Source of the DNA: Heteronotia binoei
Lineage: Eukaryota
Direction: 5' to 3'
Length of the DNA stretch: 64,000 nucleotides
Assembly (NCBI RefSeq): GCF_032191835.1
Contig: NC_083228.1
Span: 110,174,001-110,238,000 of the forward strand
The position numbers were made by a program, and so were the translations under genes. Below are positions 59,586 to 64,000 of this stretch, in pieces. The notes beneath the pieces were generated by a model. That model was not told where the DNA came from. It saw only the letters and a list, made by a program, of their open reading frames with translations, and did not search any database. Within the stretch, counting starts at the first letter, position 1. Each line of letters opens with the position of its first letter.

Positions 59586-61465
59586 TGTAGTAAATAAGTA
59601 AAAAACAAAGTTGTCACCCTCCCTGTCCTACTGCAGCACTCTGCACTCTTTGAAAATCCACTTTGGGTGCTGGGTTGCCAAGTCCTCTCTGGCCACTGGT
59701 GGGTGATGGGGGGCAAGGTTGCTAGATCATGGTTGGGAAACTCCTGGAGATTTGGGGGTGAAGGCTAGAGAGGAAAAGGGCCTCAGTGGGCTCTCCAGAG
59801 CATCCATTTTCTCCAGGCAGCTAATCTCTGTAGTCCTGAGATGGGCTGTAATTCTGTGGGATCCTGAGGTCGGTATCCCTATGTGGCTGGGGTCACATGG
59901 AATCAGTGTGGGATGCAGCGCATGGCTGCAGGGAGATGGGGGAATGGCAAACATTACCCAACTCCCTCCCCTCCTTCCAGTTCTCTCTTTCCACTGAAGC
60001 CCCTTGTGTACAACCTGCTCTGTTTACTGAGGGCACTATGACAATAAGAAGTCAGAGGGAGCAGCAGTGTACCGGGACAAAAATCTTTGGTTGTTTGAAT
60101 TCAACACATAGTTGCAATTAGCCTTCCCCCTCCCCCCCCCCCCCCCAGCATTTAACCTTCCTTTCCCTTTCTGCAGTTTCAGTTGTTTTCATACCTTTGT
60201 TTAGTGTAAATGATGAGCAGTTAATTCCCTCCATCCTCTTTTGTTTTCTTGCCTGTTTGGAAAGCTTCAGAATGTTCCTATTGCCTTGTGTTTTCTCTAA
60301 GCCTAAGATATCTTGCTCTCTCCAGGGGCTTGGTTTCTAAACCTTTCCTCATCTCCGTAGTCATTTTCTGAATCTTTTTTCTGTGCCCAGAATTGAACAT
60401 AGTTCTATATATAAGTTCTTACTACTCAGACCTTTCTTTCTTTCTTTCTTTTTTTGCTTGTGTGTTCAGATCTTTCTTTCTGAATGTAATACTTAGATTT
60501 GCCCATGTTAAAATAAACTCCCCCCCTTTCTTGAAAACAGTTAATGTCTGATTTCACAAGCGTATTTCTAAATTTACCATGTTGTATGTTGATTTAGTCA
60601 AGCTGACCTGTTACTCATCTGCTTTCTTCGAGACACTGATTCAGAATTTAAACATAGCATCTCAGCTCAAATAGAGTATCTGGCTAGAGCAATATTTAAA
60701 CATTACAAATATAGGGAGAACTTTATACAATATGGGGCAGCAAACTCATAGTTGCTAGCTTTTGTACAGTACATTTCATCTGTGAATCATGTGCACTAGG
60801 AAAAAGCATTCGAAGAGGTTGTTTGCTGGCTGCTTTCTGACGCTTTTAGATCCAGCCAGATAGTAGGGTGAGAAAGTAGTAAATGGAATGGGTAAAATGA
60901 ATCGAGTTGTTCCTGGATATATGAATTTACAGTCTGGATTTGAGAACAACCAATTCAAGTCAGCGTTTAGTTTAGCAAATCAAAACATTTCATTTAAAGA
61001 TTAATACCTCAGCCACTGGTAATTAGGCCTGGCTAAAAAACAGTCCCAAATTTCAAGTCATCTAAATTAAATTAGCTCTTTTAAAATAATAAAAACAACT
61101 GGTAGAAATTTGCATATGATTTTATTTATGTATGTCATCACATAATCACTGTAGTTGTGCTTATTTTTGATGTTTGAAAACTTATCAAACACTTTGCTTT
61201 AAAAACAATTGTTTGGGTTGCCTTCAGAATACGTGGATTATAGATAGACATGGCTGCCACGCACTGCTCATGATTTCCAGAGAAGCCTGTGCCAGAGTCC
61301 CAGCCAGGCTGAAAGTATTTTTGTACTACTTTTCCACAGGAGGAAAGCAGGCTTATCATTTGTCTGCTGCAGTGTGTGAACCCCTGCCCTTGGCCTCAGT
61401 TCCCTGTCCTTGAGAAACTGAAGAGTGGGAGAAAAAAATGGCCTCTGTATGGTGATGCTGTGGGG

Positions 61466-61705
61466 CAGGGGTGGCCAAACTGTGGCTCGAGAGCCACATG
61501 TGGCTCTTTCACACATATTGTGTGGCTCTTGAAGCCCCTCACCCCACCCTGTCAAGGAGGCATTTGTCTTTTTAAGTCACTTCTCAAAGCCAAGCCAGCT
61601 GGCAGCTTGGATAATGCATTTAATGTTAAAGTCGTTTTCTTTCCACCTCTCCCTCCCTCCTACTTCCCTCTCTATCTCTCTATCTTCCTTCCTTCCTTCC
61701 ATCCT
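61466..61705. mobile_element. Truncated hAT-type MITE (CAGGGGTGGCCAAAC TIR)
   Basis: CAGGGGTGGCCAAACTGTGGCTC...; reverse homologue of 55799-56101. Confidence 0.7.
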
Positions 61706-61748
61706 TCCAACATCTTGTTCTTGTATTGTGAGAAAGAGAGAAAAGTAC

Positions 61749-62092
61749 TTATTTCTCTGCCTTCTCTATCCCATGCATCATCTTGTAAAACTCAACCCGC
61801 AGTCGATGTTTCTCCAAGCTAAGGAGCCCCAAGCGTTTTAACCTTCCTTCATAGGGAAAGTGTTCCAACCCTTTAATCATTCTGGTTGCCCTTTTGTGCA
61901 CTTTTTCCAATGCTATAATATCTTTTTTGAGGTGTGGTGACCAGAATTGTACACAGTACTCCAAATGAGGCCACACCATCGATTTATACAGGGGCATTAT
62001 GATACTGGCTGCTTTGTTTTCAATTCCCTTCCTAATAATTCCCAGCATGACGTTGGCCTTTTTTATTGCAATCGTACACTATCTTGACATCA
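61749..62092 (-). mobile_element. CR1 LINE ORF2 C-terminal fragment
   Basis: MLGIIRKGIENK...PLYKSMVWPHLEYCVQFWSPHLKKDIIALEKVHKRATRMIKGLE...LGLLSLEK, diagnostic CR1 motifs. Confidence 0.93.
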
Positions 62093-63132
62093 TCTAAGGA
62101 ACGGAATGCCTAATTTGAATTTGGGTCTTCTTGGCAAAGTCCAGCATTATAGACCCTTTTTCTTACATTTAGTTCAGAATCAATATCAAGGTTTTACCAA
62201 AGGGTTTAGAGTAAGTCACTTGAATAATTGCATTTGAGTTGCGGAGAGGGTGGAAATGATCATTGCTCCCATCTAATTTAATGATTAGAGGGGTAAATTT
62301 CAATGGGAGCTGCCAAAAACTAACTAAACAAAGTTGATTTTAAATCAGTTTGGCTACTTTAGAAAAAATCTAACAGCAACTTAATTGCACCGGCACAAAG
62401 TTACGAACAGTCAAAGGACTTTTTCCAGTGGCTTTTTTTTGCAGCTGTCTTCATAGAACTCAACAACTGAAACTCATGCATTGTTTCCTTTTCCCTCAGT
62501 GCCCTTCAACTGAAATTGATTTGAACAAATTAAATTACATGCTAGCACGCCTACACAATTACGGCAAGAGCATAGTTAGAATGGGATCTTACTTAGAGAG
62601 TGATTACAATAGCATTATGTTTGGTAGGACTGTGAATAGAACAGATGAAAAGAATGCCTAAATTTTCACTACTGCCCCCATGTAATGTGTTAAATTAAAC
62701 AAGAAGTTTTGGCAAAATTGCGAAGTGAAAAACACCAACAGAATGGCAGGGAAAGAAGATGAAAAGGGAACTGTGAACAGATGGCCGACTAGAAACATTG
62801 GATAGAAGGTTTGCCAAGGTGTGGGACAAGATCATTACACTGTGGGAAGCCTTGGAGGGTAAAATGGAAAACAACAGAAAAAACTCTCCTGTAAAAAAAT
62901 GGAATTTTAGATTCTGCTTTATCTTCAAAATCAGAAGTAGTTACATAACCTTTTTTTTCTCCCATGGTCGTCCCAGTTATTGGAATGATCTACCAGAGTG
63001 TATGTGGAGAGTGCCTTCACTTCCTGCATTCAGGAAGACAGAGGACATTCAGTGGAGGGTGTATGGCTTTCACTGATCTGATTGTTGGTTTATTTTGTGT
63101 GTTGCTTTGATCTTGTTTATCTTGTTGTTAAT

Positions 63133-63623
63133 AATAATAATAATAATAATATTTTATTTTTATATCCCGCCCTCCCCGCCAGGCGGGCTCAGGGCGGCTA
63201 ACAGACATGGGGTCCCATGATTCACATTAAACAATAAACAATATAACAGGCATGGGAGTCCCATGATTCACATAAAGCATAGCAATTTAAACATTAATTA
63301 CAAATAAGTTATTTAAAATACATAAAACATATAAAATAGGTGCTAAAATAATATAGTCCTGATGTATATGAGATGGCTAAATATCTGTTCGTTCGTTATC
63401 AGGTTCTGTCTCAAATACCACAAGATGTCTCAAATGCCAACTGAAAAAGAAATGTTTTGCAAGCCCTGCGGAATTGGTTCAGGTCCCGCAGGGCTTGCAC
63501 CATCTCTGGAAGGTCATTCCACCAGCGAGGGGCTATCACCGAGAAGGCCTGCTCCCTAGTGGCCTTCAGCCTAACTTCTTTTGGCCCAGGGATTGTTAAT
63601 AAATTCTGGGAACCAGACCTCAA
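63133..63623 (-). mobile_element. L2 LINE 3' fragment
   Basis: ORF LRSGSQNLLTIPGPKEVRL...AFSVIAPRWWNDLPEMV; (ATT)n tail; possible 11-bp TSD ttgttgttaat/ttgttgataat (63122-63132, 63624-63634). Confidence 0.88.
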
Positions 63624-63769
63624 TTGTTGATAATTGTTTTTAAGCATTTGCAACTTGCTGTTGCTTTATTAGCCACCTTAAGGTGATAAGACAGGATAAA
63701 AATATTTAAAACAAATACACAAATAAAATCTAGGTGGAGACTGTTACATTTTTTTACTCATGTTTGTTT

Positions 63770-63830
63770 GTTTATTTATTTATTTATATCCTGTCCTCCC
63801 AGCTGAAGCAGGCTCAGGGCGGCTCACAGT
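63770..63830 (-). mobile_element. L2/SINE 3' tail fragment
   Basis: TTTATTTATATCCTGTCCTCCC...GGCTCAGGGCGGCTCACA. Confidence 0.6.
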
Positions 63831-64000
63831 ATAAAAAAGCAAAGGTTGGGCTGCCGTTTTGTGATGTGGGTCTTCCCTTGCCAGAAGCTGATTGTTCATA
63901 GTAATGTATAATGTTGTTTCAGAGGCTATCAATCCAGCATCATTATCTTCACCTAGTACTTTGTGTGAACCATGAGTCGTTTTAGTCAAGAGGGCCATTC

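Noticed and set aside
62700-62920. Purine-rich segment with a coiled-coil-like translation (DRRFAKVWDKIITLWEALEGKM), possibly an L1 ORF1 relic
   Set aside because: Frames are broken and no diagnostic motif is present.
1-64000. CRISPR arrays, operons or other prokaryotic systems
   Set aside because: Sequence is vertebrate; no repeat-spacer arrays or gene-dense blocks were seen.

Overview
Vertebrate nuclear DNA, most likely a gecko (Squamata: Gekkota), inferred from its repeat families: Sauria-type, 5S-headed and Squam3/Ther1-like SINEs, plus young L2, CR1, RTE, DIRS and Penelope-like elements. No host protein-coding gene could be recognised. All long ORFs are LINE ORF2 remnants or GC-rich transposon artefacts. 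A T>A/G>C skew and a mostly minus-strand retroelement orientation suggest intron(s) of a long + strand gene, and a few unidentified exon-like segments are flagged. The window is dominated by transposons, many with verifiable termini and target-site duplications (TSDs): a 2.1-kb L2 inside a tRNA SINE, a 1.7-kb RTE with a 12-bp TSD, three probable solo LTRs, several hAT MITEs with 8-bp TSDs (one nested), a 268-bp palindromic MITE and the end of a DIRS-like element. The most interesting signals are a 227-bp Penelope-derived insertion with an intact minimal hammerhead ribozyme, a solo LTR whose probable U3 encodes a 79-aa Pro-rich/Arg-rich ORF, a hAT MITE family carrying octamer and KLF motifs, a TALE-homeodomain motif cluster, and an unexplained 19-nt direct repeat in AT-rich unique DNA. 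There are two assembly gaps. Family names come from recall of consensus motifs, not from database searches, and coordinates of old degraded copies are approximate.
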